This document shows, one piece after another, positions 17,491-27,525 of a stretch of DNA of 64,000 nucleotides. The notes under the pieces were generated by a model, which saw only the letters and a program-made list of their open reading frames with translations, searched no databases and had not been told where the DNA came from. This stretch comes from an uncultured Actinomycetes bacterium (lineage in GTDB: Bacteria > Actinomycetota > UBA4738 > HRBIN12): contig CAVZQM010000005.1 of assembly GCA_963777495.1 (NCBI GenBank), positions 15,401-79,400 of the forward strand, written 5' to 3'. Made by a program: the position numbers and the translations under genes. Each line of letters begins with the position of its first letter. The first letter of the stretch is position 1.

Positions 17491-18351
17491 CTAGCCTTCG
17501 CTCCGAGACGTCTGCAGCACCAGCACGAACTCCAGCGTCGAGAAGTCGATCGCCGGTCGGACGGTGACGAACTCCTGCAGCCCGTCGGCGCCTGGGATCA
17601 CGCGCGAGACCTGGCCGATCACGAGACCCGGCGGATACAGCCCCTGCTGGCCGTTGACCTCGTAGCCCTGCGTCACCACCGTCTCGTCACCTTCCACCGA
17701 CGTGCCCGGGAGTCACAGCGTCATGCGGAGATCCCTGTCCCCTGCCCCTGGATCTGCCCGGTCTCGTGCGAGACGGACAATCGTCCGGCGACGACCGAGT
17801 TGCGGTCGATGATGAGCTCCACCTCCGCCGACATCGAACTGACCCTGGTCACGCTCCCGACCAGGATCGGCGCCTGCTCCGACCCGGTCGACCACGGGCT
17901 GATCCACCTCGACCCCATCGCCGAGCCCCGGTTGATCGTGATCGTGTATCGGAAGTTCGACAGGCCGTTCGCGATGACGACGGCGGCCACCGACGTCGGC
18001 GTCAGGCTCTCTTGCAGGCTCCAGCAGGTCGGAGAGCTGTTCGATCTGACTCTCCATGTCGGTCTGCACGGCCGCCTGCGCGCTCAGAGCTCCAGCTCGC
18101 TCCGGAGTCGACGGTTCTCGCTCCTCCAGGGACGGCAGATGGACCAGGCCGCTGAAGAAGTCGCCGATCGGCCGGGTCACGGTGGTCACGGCCTCTTGGA
18201 GCGGCGCCATGGCGGCGAGCGCCGTGCGGCCGAGCCCTGCCAGCGGGCCGTCCTCGCCCTCCCGATAGTCGAGCGTGATCACCGCGAGCGAGATGGACAC
18301 CAAGACGACGACCAAGAGCCGCGTGCTCCGGGGGTGCTGCCGAGAGACCAC
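17491..18351 (-). pseudogene. mreC: rod shape-determining protein MreC; several frame changes plus an in-frame stop
   Basis: GTG 18351: VSRQHPRSTRLLVVVLVSISLAVITLDYREGEDGPLAGLGRTALAAMAPLQEAVTTVTRPIGDFFSGLVHLPSL ... AAVVIANGLSNFRYTITINRGSAMG ... ILVGSVTRVSSMSAEVELIIDRNSVVAGRL ... GDETVVTQGYEVNGQQGLYPPGLVIGQVSRV...VTVRPAIDFSTLEFVLVL. Confidence 0.8.
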
Positions 18352-18357
18352 CGGCGG

Positions 18358-19455
18358 CTACCGCCGGGAGGGGCTCACCAAGACCCGCTGCAGCACCTCG
18401 AACTCCTCCAGGCACTTGCCCGAGCCGAGCACGACGGCCTGCAACGGTGCGTCGGCGATACGGACCGGCATGCCGGTCTCGTGCCGCAACCGCTTGTCCA
18501 GGCCGCGGAGGAGCGCGCCACCGCCCGTGAGGACGATGCCGCGATCCATGATGTCGGCGGAGAGTTCGGGGGGCGTTCGATCGAGCGTGGTCTTGATGGC
18601 GTCGATGATGGCGTTCACCGGCTCCTCGATCGCGCGGCGGATCTCCTCCGCGCTGATCGTGATGTTCTTCGGGAGCCCGCTCACGAGGTCGCGGCCCTTG
18701 ATCTCGGCGACGAGCTCCTCCGGCATGGGGAACACCGACGCGATCGCGAGCTTGATGGCCTCCGACGTGCGCTCGCCCAACAGGAGCGAGTACTCCTTCT
18801 TGACGTGCTGGATGATCGCTTCGTCCAGCTCGTCGCCGCCGATGCGGATGCTCGTCGACGTCACGATCCCGCCCAGCGAGATGACGGCGACCTCGGTGGT
18901 CCCACCACCGATGTCGACGACCATGTTGCCCGTGGGCTCGTGGATCGGGAGCCCGGCGCCGATCGCGGCGGCCATGGGCTCCTCGATGATGTAGGCGCGG
19001 CGTGCGCCGGCCGCGATCGTGGCTTCCTCGACGGCGCGCTGCTCGACCCCGGTGATCCCTGATGGCACGCAGACGACCACGCGCGGCTTCGCCAGCAGGC
19101 GGCGCTTGTGCACCTTCTGGATGAAGTAGCGCAGCATCTTCTCCGTCACGTCGAAGTCGGCGATCACGCCGTCCTTGAGGGGACGGACCGCCTGGATGTG
19201 GCTCGGCGTGCGGCCGATCATGCGCTTCGCCTCGGACCCGACGGCGAGCACGGCTCCGCTAAGGGTGTTGATCGCGACCACGGAAGGCTCGTTCAGGACG
19301 ACGCCACGACCACGCACGTAGACGAGCGTGTTCGCCGTCCCGAGGTCGACCGCCATATCGCGACCAAGGAACCCGAGCACTCCCTCCGTCCCCTGTTGAC
19401 GGGACGTGGGAGAAGAGGATCGTTGGAGACCATCGGCCATGGGCTCAGAGGCCAT
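18358..19455 (-). CDS. mreB: rod shape-determining actin homologue MreB (intact)
   Basis: ...[34 protein letters not shown]...[22 protein letters not shown]...[20 protein letters not shown]...[16 protein letters not shown]...[21 protein letters not shown]...[18 protein letters not shown]. Start uncertain: ATG 19455, ATG 19440, or GTG 19380 preceded by GGAGGGA. Confidence 0.95.
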   Translation of the reverse strand: MASEPMADGLQRSSSPTSRQQGTEGVLGFLGRDMAVDLGTANTLVYVRGRGVVLNEPSVVAINTLSGAVLAVGSEAKRMIGRTPSHIQAVRPLKDGVIADFDVTEKMLRYFIQKVHKRRLLAKPRVVVCVPSGITGVEQRAVEEATIAAGARRAYIIEEPMAAAIGAGLPIHEPTGNMVVDIGGGTTEVAVISLGGIVTSTSIRIGGDELDEAIIQHVKKEYSLLLGERTSEAIKLAIASVFPMPEELVAEIKGRDLVSGLPKNITISAEEIRRAIEEPVNAIIDAIKTTLDRTPPELSADIMDRGIVLTGGGALLRGLDKRLRHETGMPVRIADAPLQAVVLGSGKCLEEFEVLQRVLVSPSRR

Positions 19456-19491
19456 TCAACAGGAGTCCCCCGGTCGTGGCAACCTGTGCGG

Positions 19492-20430
19492 ATGCACAAC
19501 ACCGACAAGACCACCGCCGTCGTCTTCCCCGGTCAGGGCTCGCAGTTCGCGGGGATGGCCGACCCCTGGACCCAGCATCCGACGGGTGACGCCGTCCTCC
19601 GGGAGGCCTCTGAGGCGATGGGCCGCGACGTCGCGGAGGGTTGTCGGGACGAGGCGTCGCTCGCCACGACCGAGTTCGTGCAGCCGGCGCTCCTCGCGTG
19701 CGCGGTGGCCGCGTTCCGCGTGCTCGAGACCGAAGGCGCGGTGTTCGGAGGCGCGGCGGGACACTCGCTCGGCGAGTTCGCGGCCCTCGTGGCCGCCGAC
19801 GTGATCGGACTGCCCGACGCGCTGGACCTGGTGGTCGTGCGCGGTCGTGCGATGCAGCGAGCCGGCGAGGAGCGCCCGGGCACCATGTCCGCGTTGCTGG
19901 GCGTCGACGCCGCGACCGCCTCCGCACTCTGTGATGACGTGCGCGGAGACGACGTGCTGGTCGTGGCGAACGAGAACTCACCGGTGCAGGTCGTGATCTC
20001 GGGATCGGTCGCTGCCATCGAGCGCGCGGAGATCGCGGCGAAGGAACGCAAGATCCGCGCGGTCCGGCTGAACGTCGCAGGGGCGTTCCACTCCGCGTTG
20101 ATGGGGCCGGCTGCCGCGCCGATCGTGGATCGCCTGTCGTCGATCGAGTTCGGCGCACCGCGGTTCCCGATCGCCGAGAACGTCGCCGGGGCGTTGATCG
20201 ACGATCCCGTCACGTTGCGCTCACTCGTCGAACGACACGTGTTGTCGCCGGTCCGCTGGGAGTCGTGCGTGCACGCGTTGTCGGATGCGGGAGCGAGGGT
20301 GTTCGTCGAAGCCGGACCTGGTGACGTGCTGACCAAGCTCGCGAAGCGTCTCGTGCCCGCAGCGACCGCCGTGCCGGTGGGGTCGCCCGAGGCGGCGGCC
20401 GAGGTCGCTCGGGAGGTGACGGAGCGATGA
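19492..20430 (+). CDS. fabD: malonyl-CoA:ACP transacylase
   Basis: ATG 19492 inside ORF 19108..20430. TAVVFPGQGSQFAGM..., active-site GHSLGEFAALVAA, ...VANENSPVQVVISG..., ...LNVAGAFHSALM. Confidence 0.9.
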   Translation: MHNTDKTTAVVFPGQGSQFAGMADPWTQHPTGDAVLREASEAMGRDVAEGCRDEASLATTEFVQPALLACAVAAFRVLETEGAVFGGAAGHSLGEFAALVAADVIGLPDALDLVVVRGRAMQRAGEERPGTMSALLGVDAATASALCDDVRGDDVLVVANENSPVQVVISGSVAAIERAEIAAKERKIRAVRLNVAGAFHSALMGPAAAPIVDRLSSIEFGAPRFPIAENVAGALIDDPVTLRSLVERHVLSPVRWESCVHALSDAGARVFVEAGPGDVLTKLAKRLVPAATAVPVGSPEAAAEVAREVTER

Positions 20431-21208
20431 CCCTGCCGATCCGCGAGGACTGGTTCGAGGTGGCCGAGGTCGAGCCGGGGGTTCGCATGATCACCGAGCC
20501 GGCCACGCACGCGCTCATCCTGGCCAACGCCTGGCTCGTGGACGGGCAGGACCGCGATCTGCTGGTCGACACGGGCAACGGGATCGCGCCGATACGCCCG
20601 TTCGTCGACGGCCTCCGCGCCGATCCCACGAAGCCGATCGTGGCGGTCGCCACCCACGGTCACCAGGACCACGCGGGAGGGCTGTGGGAGTTCGACGAAC
20701 GGGTGGCACATGCGGGGGATACCGAAGACGTCGAGCGCCCGTTCCCCCTGATCCGCGGTGCGGACGTCTGGCCCGCGGTCGCCGACGCGATGGCCTGGGA
20801 GGGCTTCCCCGTGACCGACGTGCTCGTGACGGCCGTCCCGGCCCCCGACTGGGACCACGAAGTGTTCCGGCCACCAGGGCTCCGTGCCCACCCGGATCGT
20901 CGACGAAGGTGACGTGATCGACCTGGGCGATCGCGCATTCGAGGTCCTGTCGTTGCCGGGACACACCCCGGGGAGCATCGGGCTGTGGGATGAGGCCGAC
21001 GGGACGCTGTTCTGCGGCGACGTCGTCTACGCCGAGGACCCGCTGATCGACCAGGCACCGACGTCGGACGTCCAGGCCTACCTGGCGACGATGCGCCGAC
21101 TCCGGGACGTGCCGGTGCGGATCGTCCACGCGGGCCACGACCGGAGCATGGATCCGTCCGATGATGCTCCGGCGCTGCACGGCGTACCTCGAACGCCGGT
21201 CGGGGTGA
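20427..21208 (+). pseudogene. MBL-fold metallo-hydrolase; two frame changes
   Basis: ATG 20427 overlaps the fabD stop (ATGA). ...ANAWLVDGQDRDLLVDTGNG...IVAVATHGHQDHAGGLWEF (HxHxDH motif), then VPTRIVDEGDVIDLGDRAFEVLSLPGHTPGSIGLWDEADGTLFCGDVVY...RIVHAGHD. A likely C-terminus ...MMLRRCTAYLERRSG* ends at TGA 21206-21208. Breaks near 20878 and 21150. Confidence 0.75.
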
Positions 21209-21257
21209 AGGTAGCGCCCCGCTGTGGGAGCGAGCCGGGCACGCTATCCTCGGCGCC

Positions 21258-22262
21258 GTGACCCGACATGCCACCATCGCCGGCGTCGGCTCGTTCCTGC
21301 CCGACAACCGGATCCCGAACGCGTACTTCGAATCGCTGGTCGACACCAGCGATGAGTGGATCGTGGAACGGACCGGCATCCGATCGCGGAACTTCGCCTC
21401 GGATGACGTGGCGGCGTCCGACCTGGCGGTCGAAGCGGCCACGCGCGCGCTGGACGCGGCCGGGATCCGGGCCGAGCAGGTCGACCTCATCGTGTGCGCC
21501 ACGCTGTCCGGAGATACCCCGATCCCGTCCACCGCGGTCTGGGTGCAGCGCAAGATGGAGATGACGTGCCCCGCCTTCGACGTGAACGCGGCGTGTGCCG
21601 GGTTCTCGTACGCCATGTCCACCGCGACCGCGTTCATCGAATCGGGCGCGGCCGACACGGTGCTGGTGATCGGCGCCGAGGTGATCTCGAAGATGCTCGA
21701 CATGACCGACCGCACCGTGTGCATCCTGTTCGGCGACGGCGCGGGCGCGGTGGTCCTGCGCGCCGGCGACGCGCCTGGCGTGATCGACTCGGTGCTCGGC
21801 GCGGACGGCACGACGGCCGAGGTGCTGATCATCCCGGCCGGCGGGTCCGCCCAGCCGGCATCCGCTGAGACGGTCGCGGCACGCGATCACTCGATCCGCA
21901 TGCCGGGTGGCCGCGAGGTCTTCAAGCGGGCGGTCGTCGAGATGTCAGACGCGTGCCGCACGCTGCTGGAGAAGTCCGGTTACACGTCCGACGACGTCAA
22001 CCTGCTGATCCCGCACCAGGCGAACGCGCGGATCATGCTCGCCGTCGCCGAACGATTGGGCATCACCGGCGATCGCGCCGTCGTCGACGTGGAAGAGGTC
22101 GGCAACACGTCGGCCGCCTCGATCCCGATCGCGCTCGACCGCGCATGGCGGGCGGGCAGGGTCCACGACGGCGATCTCATCCTGCTGACGTCGTTCGGAG
22201 CCGGTCTGGCGTGGGGAGCCAACCTGGTCCGATGGAACATCCCCGAGCCGGAGCCCGCATGA
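21258..22262 (+). CDS. fabH: beta-ketoacyl-ACP synthase III
   Basis: 334 aa, intact, GTG start. ...DTSDEWIVERTGIRSR..., catalytic Cys in NAACAGFSYAM, ...LIPHQANARI..., ...VGNTSAASIPIAL..., ...FGAGLAWGA. Confidence 0.95.
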   Translation: MTRHATIAGVGSFLPDNRIPNAYFESLVDTSDEWIVERTGIRSRNFASDDVAASDLAVEAATRALDAAGIRAEQVDLIVCATLSGDTPIPSTAVWVQRKMEMTCPAFDVNAACAGFSYAMSTATAFIESGAADTVLVIGAEVISKMLDMTDRTVCILFGDGAGAVVLRAGDAPGVIDSVLGADGTTAEVLIIPAGGSAQPASAETVAARDHSIRMPGGREVFKRAVVEMSDACRTLLEKSGYTSDDVNLLIPHQANARIMLAVAERLGITGDRAVVDVEEVGNTSAASIPIALDRAWRAGRVHDGDLILLTSFGAGLAWGANLVRWNIPEPEPA

Positions 22263-22996
22263 CCCGCCACGTCGCCGTGGTCACGGGCGGCTCCCGGGGA
22301 CTCGGTCGTGCGTGCGCCGTCGCGCTCGCCGAGTCCGGGTGGACCGTCGCGATCGGCTATCGCTCGCGCGAGACCGACGCCAAGGAGACCGTCGCCGCGC
22401 TGGAGGCCGCGGGCAAGCCGGGACTCGCCGTCTTCCTCGACACCACGGACGAATCGAGCGTGCAGGAAGCCTTCCGTCGCGTCGGCGACGAGGCCGGAGC
22501 CGTCACCGGCCTGGTCAACAACGCGGGCTTCTCGCAGGACGGCCTGCTGGTGAAGTACTCCATGGACACGTACGACCGCGTGATGGCCACGAACGTGCGC
22601 GGCTCCTTCCTGTGCACGCAGGCCGCGCTCCGCGGCATGCTCCGCGCCAAGTTCGGGCGCATCGTGAACATGTCGTCGGCGGTCGCCCTGCACGGCAACG
22701 CGGGTCAGACCGTCTACGCCGCCTCCAAGACCGCGTTGATCGGCCTGACCACGTCGCTCGCCCGCGAGGTGGGCGCGAAGGGCATCACCGTGAACGCCGT
22801 GTGTCCGGGATTGGTGGACACCGAGATGACGTCGCATCTGGACGACAAGGCCCGCGCCCATTACGTGGACCAGACGCCCGTCGGACGGACGGCCACGCAC
22901 GAGGAGGTCGCCGCCGTCGTTCGGTTCCTGATGTCGGACGAGGCGTCGTACGTGAACGGAGCCGTGATCCCGGTCGACGGCGGCCTCACGGCGTAG
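22259..22996 (+). CDS. fabG: 3-oxoacyl-ACP reductase (SDR)
   Basis: ATG 22259 overlaps the fabH stop (ATGA). VAVVTGGSRGLGRA (TGxxxGxG), NNAG, S...YAASK catalytic motif, ...GITVNAVCPGLVDTEM. Confidence 0.9.
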   Translation: MTRHVAVVTGGSRGLGRACAVALAESGWTVAIGYRSRETDAKETVAALEAAGKPGLAVFLDTTDESSVQEAFRRVGDEAGAVTGLVNNAGFSQDGLLVKYSMDTYDRVMATNVRGSFLCTQAALRGMLRAKFGRIVNMSSAVALHGNAGQTVYAASKTALIGLTTSLAREVGAKGITVNAVCPGLVDTEMTSHLDDKARAHYVDQTPVGRTATHEEVAAVVRFLMSDEASYVNGAVIPVDGGLTA

Positions 22997-23068
22997 TCGG
23001 GTCGGGGCCCGGCCGTCTACGCTCCTGCGGACAGAGACGACAGCTCAGGGGATCGAGGAGGAGAACGG

Positions 23069-23317
23069 ATGGATCGTTCGGAGATCGAGGTCAGGGTCAA
23101 GAAGGTGCTCGCCGAGCAATTGGCGGTCGACGAGGCGCAGGTCGTCGCCGACGCCCGGTTCGCCGAGGACCTGAACGCCGACTCGCTCGACCTGGTTGAA
23201 GCGGTGCTCGCGCTCGAGGAGGAGTGGAGCATCGAGATCCCGGAGGACGAGATGGAGAGCGTGAAGACGGTGGGTCAGGCCGTCGACATGGTGGCGTCGA
23301 AGTTGGGGGTCTCCTAA
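23069..23317 (+). CDS. acpP: acyl carrier protein
   Basis: 82 aa. ...FAEDLNADSLDLVEAVLALEEEW contains the DSL phosphopantetheine-attachment motif. Confidence 0.95.
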   Translation: MDRSEIEVRVKKVLAEQLAVDEAQVVADARFAEDLNADSLDLVEAVLALEEEWSIEIPEDEMESVKTVGQAVDMVASKLGVS

Positions 23318-23318
23318 G

Positions 23319-24560
23319 ACGGTCTCATCCCAGGAACGCCGCAAGGTCGTCATCACCGGGCTCGGGCCCGTCACACCCGTCGGCACCGGTGTCGACGAGT
23401 TCTGGCAGGGACTCACCAGTGGACGCAACGGCGTCCGGACGATCACGCGGTTCCCGGTCGACGACCTCCCGGTCACCGTCGCGGGAGAGGTCGACTTCGA
23501 TCCGCTCGATCACCTCGATCTGAAGGAGGCCCGCCGGACCGACCGCTTCACGCAGTTCGGCATCGCCGCGGCCAAGCTCGCGTGGGCCGATGCCGGCGAG
23601 CCGCAGATCGTCTCCGAACGCGGCGGCGTGATCTTCGCCACGGGGATCGGGGGCATCGAGACGCTCCTGAACGCGTACGACGTGCTGAAGACCAAAGGGC
23701 CGGGGCGGGTCTCGCCGTTCATGGTCCCGATGCTCATGGCGAACGCACCCGCCGGCCACATCGCCATGACGTTCGGGCTCACCGGCGCGAACTTCGCCAC
23801 GATCTCCGCGTGCTCGTCGAGCAACCACGCGATCTTCGAGGCCATGCGGCTGCTCCGCGAGGGCAGGCTCGACCTGTGCATCGCCGGCGGCTCCGAGTCC
23901 GCGACGCTCCCGCTCACGGTCGCTGCGTTCTCCCAGATGACCGCGCTGACGAAGAACCCCGACCCCGACGTGGCGTCCCGGCCGTTCGACGCGCAACGCG
24001 ACGGCTTCGTGCTCTCGGAGGGCGCGTGCGCGCTGATCATGGAGACCGAGGAGCACGCGAAGGCGCGCGGCGCGCGGATCTACTGCGAGGTGGCCGGCGC
24101 GGGCGCGAGCGACGACGCGTTCCACATCACGGCGCCGGACCCGAAGGGGTCGGGCGCCGTGCTCGCGATGCGCTGGGCGCTGGAGGACGCGGGGGCCGAG
24201 CCGAACGAGGTCGACTACATCAACGCCCACGGTACGTCGACGCCGCTGAACGACGCGTCGGAGGCCGTCGCCATCACCGAGGTCCTCAGCGACCACGCGA
24301 CAACGGTGGCCATCTCCTCGACCAAGTCGATGACCGGACACCAGATGGGAGCGGCGGGAGCGGTCGAAGGTGCGGCGTGCGCGCTCGCCATCACCCACGG
24401 CGTGATCCCGCCGACGATCCATCACTCGACGCCCGACCCCGGGTTCGAGCTCGACGTCACGCCAAACACGGCCAGAGAGCTCGATGTCCGGCTCGCCCTG
24501 TCGAACTCGTTCGGCTTCGGTGGTCACAACACGTGCGTCGCGTTCCGCAAGACCGCGTGA
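23319..24560 (+). CDS. fabF: beta-ketoacyl-ACP synthase II; no canonical start codon in the open frame as sequenced
   Basis: The frame is open from 23265 and reads ...SQERRKVVITGLGPVTPVGTGVDEFWQGLTSGRNGVRTITRF...ATISACSSSNHAI (active Cys)...INAHGTSTPLND...NSFGFGGHNTCVAF. The first in-frame ATG/GTG/TTG is only at 23628, well inside the conserved domain. The acpP stop is at 23315-23317. Confidence 0.9.
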   Translation, partial: TVSSQERRKVVITGLGPVTPVGTGVDEFWQGLTSGRNGVRTITRFPVDDLPVTVAGEVDFDPLDHLDLKEARRTDRFTQFGIAAAKLAWADAGEPQIVSERGGVIFATGIGGIETLLNAYDVLKTKGPGRVSPFMVPMLMANAPAGHIAMTFGLTGANFATISACSSSNHAIFEAMRLLREGRLDLCIAGGSESATLPLTVAAFSQMTALTKNPDPDVASRPFDAQRDGFVLSEGACALIMETEEHAKARGARIYCEVAGAGASDDAFHITAPDPKGSGAVLAMRWALEDAGAEPNEVDYINAHGTSTPLNDASEAVAITEVLSDHATTVAISSTKSMTGHQMGAAGAVEGAACALAITHGVIPPTIHHSTPDPGFELDVTPNTARELDVRLALSNSFGFGGHNTCVAFRKTA

Positions 24561-25429
24561 GCGCAGCGAACCCGGGACCGACGCGCGCGATCCATCGACG
24601 TTGGCACGTCGTGTTCGCGATCGTCGCCTCGGCGACGATCGTGTGGCCACCCGCGCCCGCGTCCGCCGGCGCGATCCCCGCCTGTTCCGACTACGGCGCC
24701 GTCACGGTCCGAGGCGCTGTGACGATCGCCGGGATCGACGAGGTGTCCGGCGTGGTCGCCAGCCGCCGGCGCCCGGTCCTGTGGATCGAGGAGGACTCCG
24801 GGAACCCGGAGCGGATCTACGCGATCGACGGTTCGGGGGCGGGGCGTTCGATCGTGAACGTCCGGAACGCGACCAACCTCGATTGGGAGGACATCGCGCT
24901 CACGGGACGACGGATCTGGCTCGCCGACATCGGCGACAACTTCCGGTTACGGCCGTCCGTGCAGGTGTACTGGTTCCGTGAGCCGCGACCGGCGGAGAGC
25001 TCCGTCTCCGCGCGGGTCCTCGAGCTCACGTACGAGGACGGCGCCCACAACGCCGAGGCCATGGTGGTCGACGGGCAGCAACGGGAGCTGTACGTCTTCA
25101 CCAAACAGGCGGGGACGACCTCCGTGTACAGGACGTCCGTCCGTGGTCTGGCGGGTGGCGAGTCCCGGTTGCTGACGAAGATCGCGGAGCTCCCGCTGAA
25201 CACGGTCACCGCCGCCGACCTCGGCCCCGAGGGGATCGTCATCAAGTCCGGCGCCGGCTACCTCTACCGGTGGACCGCGAGCCGGACCGTCGCCTCCGCG
25301 CTGGCCAGGACGCCGTGCCGGGCCCCGGCCGGCCCCGGCGAATCGTTGGCGTTCGGACTCGGAAGCGCGGGCCTGTTCGCCATCCCTGAGGGCGCGAACC
25401 CGTCGGTCTACGTCACCCCGCGAACCTGA
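24557..25429 (+). CDS. secreted hypothetical protein (possible beta-propeller / phytase-like fold)
   Basis: GTG 24557 overlaps the fabF stop (GTGA). Signal-like N-terminus HRRWHVVFAIVASATIVWPPAPASA. ...LWIEEDSGNPERIYAIDGSG...NLDWEDIALTGRRIWLADIGDN...ELYVFTKQ... Family tentative. Confidence 0.55.
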   Translation: MSAANPGPTRAIHRRWHVVFAIVASATIVWPPAPASAGAIPACSDYGAVTVRGAVTIAGIDEVSGVVASRRRPVLWIEEDSGNPERIYAIDGSGAGRSIVNVRNATNLDWEDIALTGRRIWLADIGDNFRLRPSVQVYWFREPRPAESSVSARVLELTYEDGAHNAEAMVVDGQQRELYVFTKQAGTTSVYRTSVRGLAGGESRLLTKIAELPLNTVTAADLGPEGIVIKSGAGYLYRWTASRTVASALARTPCRAPAGPGESLAFGLGSAGLFAIPEGANPSVYVTPRT

Positions 25430-25447
25430 CCTCAGGTTCCCGCGCGG

Positions 25448-27099
25448 TCAGTCCTCGAACGACCGGTACCACCTGCCGGCGTTGAACTCCGCGAGCACGG
25501 TCCTGCCGTCCACCAGGCGATCGAACCGGATGCGCCGCGGCTGCCAGGGCTCCCCCGCCGCGAACCAGCCGTCGTCCAGCGGCTGCAGCTCGGCCTCGCC
25601 GGCCTCGTCGCTCAACTCGACCGGGAACTGCAGCGCCAGCCGCCCTTTCCGCAGCACCACTCGGAGCGTCGGCATCCACGGGTCGTCGTTGCGGTAGAGC
25701 CCCGGATACGCGAGCCACTCCTGCGGCGGCCCGGCGGGCGACTCGCCGTCGTAGCGCTCGTGGCGGAACCACCGATCGCCGTGGAACGCCTCGTTCGCCA
25801 GGCCGTCCGGACCACGTCCGAACCGCAGGGGGAAGCGTTCGAGCTCGGGATGCACCACCAGGAACTGGTTGCCGGCCTCGACGACCAGCGGGTCGCGCTC
25901 CAGGCGGCCGGAGGCGTCGCCGATCGCGGCCAGGAGCCCGTCGCCATCCGCCGTGACGCGGAGCGTCTCGTCGTCCGGGCCGACGTAGTCCCCCACGAAT
26001 GCGGCTGCCCCCGGGATCGACGTCGGCTCGGGCGGGAACCACACGTCGGGCAACGGGGTGTCGTTGATGCACGCGCGCACCGCGTCGAACGCGGTCTTCA
26101 CCACGTGCTCCTTGTCGCCGGAGCCGTTCTGCAGGATCACGACGCCGAGCCCGCTCGCCGGCTCGACCGACGAGGAACGCCGTGTACCCGACCATGCCCC
26201 CGCTGTGCCCGATCCACGTCCCGTGCTCGTTCTCGCCGATGTCGAGCCCGTACGCGTACGGCGTGTCCACATCCTCCGACGCGTCCACGTACGGCGTCGT
26301 GAGCACGTCGAACATGGTCTCCGACAGCACGGTGCCGATCGGCCCACGGCCGCGGTTCAGGAGGAGTCGCGCGAACGCGGCCATGTCGAGCACGTTCGAC
26401 ACGATGGAGCCGTCGACCGTGCTCGACACGGTGAAGGTCGCGGGGACCAGTGGATGGCGCAGTTGCGCCGGACGATCGGTGAACACCGGCTCGTAGCCCG
26501 TGGCGAGGTCCGTCCGAACATCGTCCGTGATCGCCGCCACCGACGAGGCCATGCCGAGCGGCTCCAGCACGCGTTGGCGGATCAGCTCGTGCGCCGGCGT
26601 GGACGTCACGCGTTCCAGCACCAACCCCACGAGCTTGTACGCGTCGTTCGAGTACCAGAAGTGCGCTCCCGGAGCGAACGTCGGCGGCACGCTCCGCAGG
26701 AGCGTCGCGACGCCGAGCCCGGTCGGCGCGTCCTCCGTGCCGGCGGCCAGGCCGCTGGTGTGCGTCAGCAGGTGGTGCAGCGTGATCGGACCGAACGGCT
26801 CCGGCAGCTCCAGCCACGGGAGCAGCTCGTTGACGGAGACGTGCAGGTCCAGCCGTCCCGCCTCCACCTCCTGGAGCACGACGATCGACGCGAACGACTT
26901 CGAGATCGAGCCGATCATGAAGCGCGTCTCGGGACGGACGGGTGCGCCGCTCGCCACGTCCGCGAACCCGCGGACGACGACGCCGAGCGTCTCGTGACGG
27001 TCGGTGACGGCGATCGGCGGCACCGGCGGCGTGCGACACGGGAAGGTGGTGCTCGAGGGCCAGCCCGATCCGATCGAACGCTTCGGCGAGGCCGGGCAT
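25448..27099 (-). pseudogene. serine hydrolase (beta-lactamase / PBP4*-like family) with extra C-terminal domain; at least two frame changes
   Basis: ATG 27099 [18 protein letters not shown], then ...[18 protein letters not shown] (SxxK) ...HLLTHTSGL...[16 protein letters not shown]...[14 protein letters not shown], then ...[15 protein letters not shown]...RWYRSFED* (ORF 25448..26347). Breaks near 27040 and 26170. Confidence 0.75.
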
Positions 27100-27109
27100 C
27101 GACGGGTCG

Positions 27110-27522
27110 CTAGCGCCTCGGGGAAGAACAACCCGAGCTCGCGTGCGGCCGAGGCCGGTGAGTCGCTGCCGTGCACGATGTTCTCGCCGATCAGCGTGGC
27201 GAAGATCACCCCGGATCGACCCGGGTGGTGCCTGGATCGGGTTCGTTGGACCCATGAGCGTCCGCCAGGCGTCGATCGCCGACTCGCCGGTGATCTTCGC
27301 GACCACGACCGGTCCACCCGTGATGAAGTCGACCAGCTCTCCGAAGAACGGTTTGTCGACGTGTTCGCCGTAGTGCTCCTCGGCGAGCGCACGATCGATC
27401 GTGAACAGCCGCATCGACTCGATGGTGAGTCCCTTCGACTCGACGCGACGCAGGACCTCGCCCACCAGTCCCCGGCGAACGCCATCCGGCTTCACGATGA
27501 GCAGCGTCGATTCGATGGCCAT
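27110..27522 (-). pseudogene. ndk: nucleoside-diphosphate kinase; frame change near 27205 and no in-frame stop as sequenced
   Basis: [40 protein letters not shown]...[48 protein letters not shown]...PGSIRGD, then [30 protein letters not shown] in another frame. That frame then runs on into the next gene. A TAG at 27112-27110 lies in the third frame. Confidence 0.85.
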
Positions 27523-27525
27523 GCT

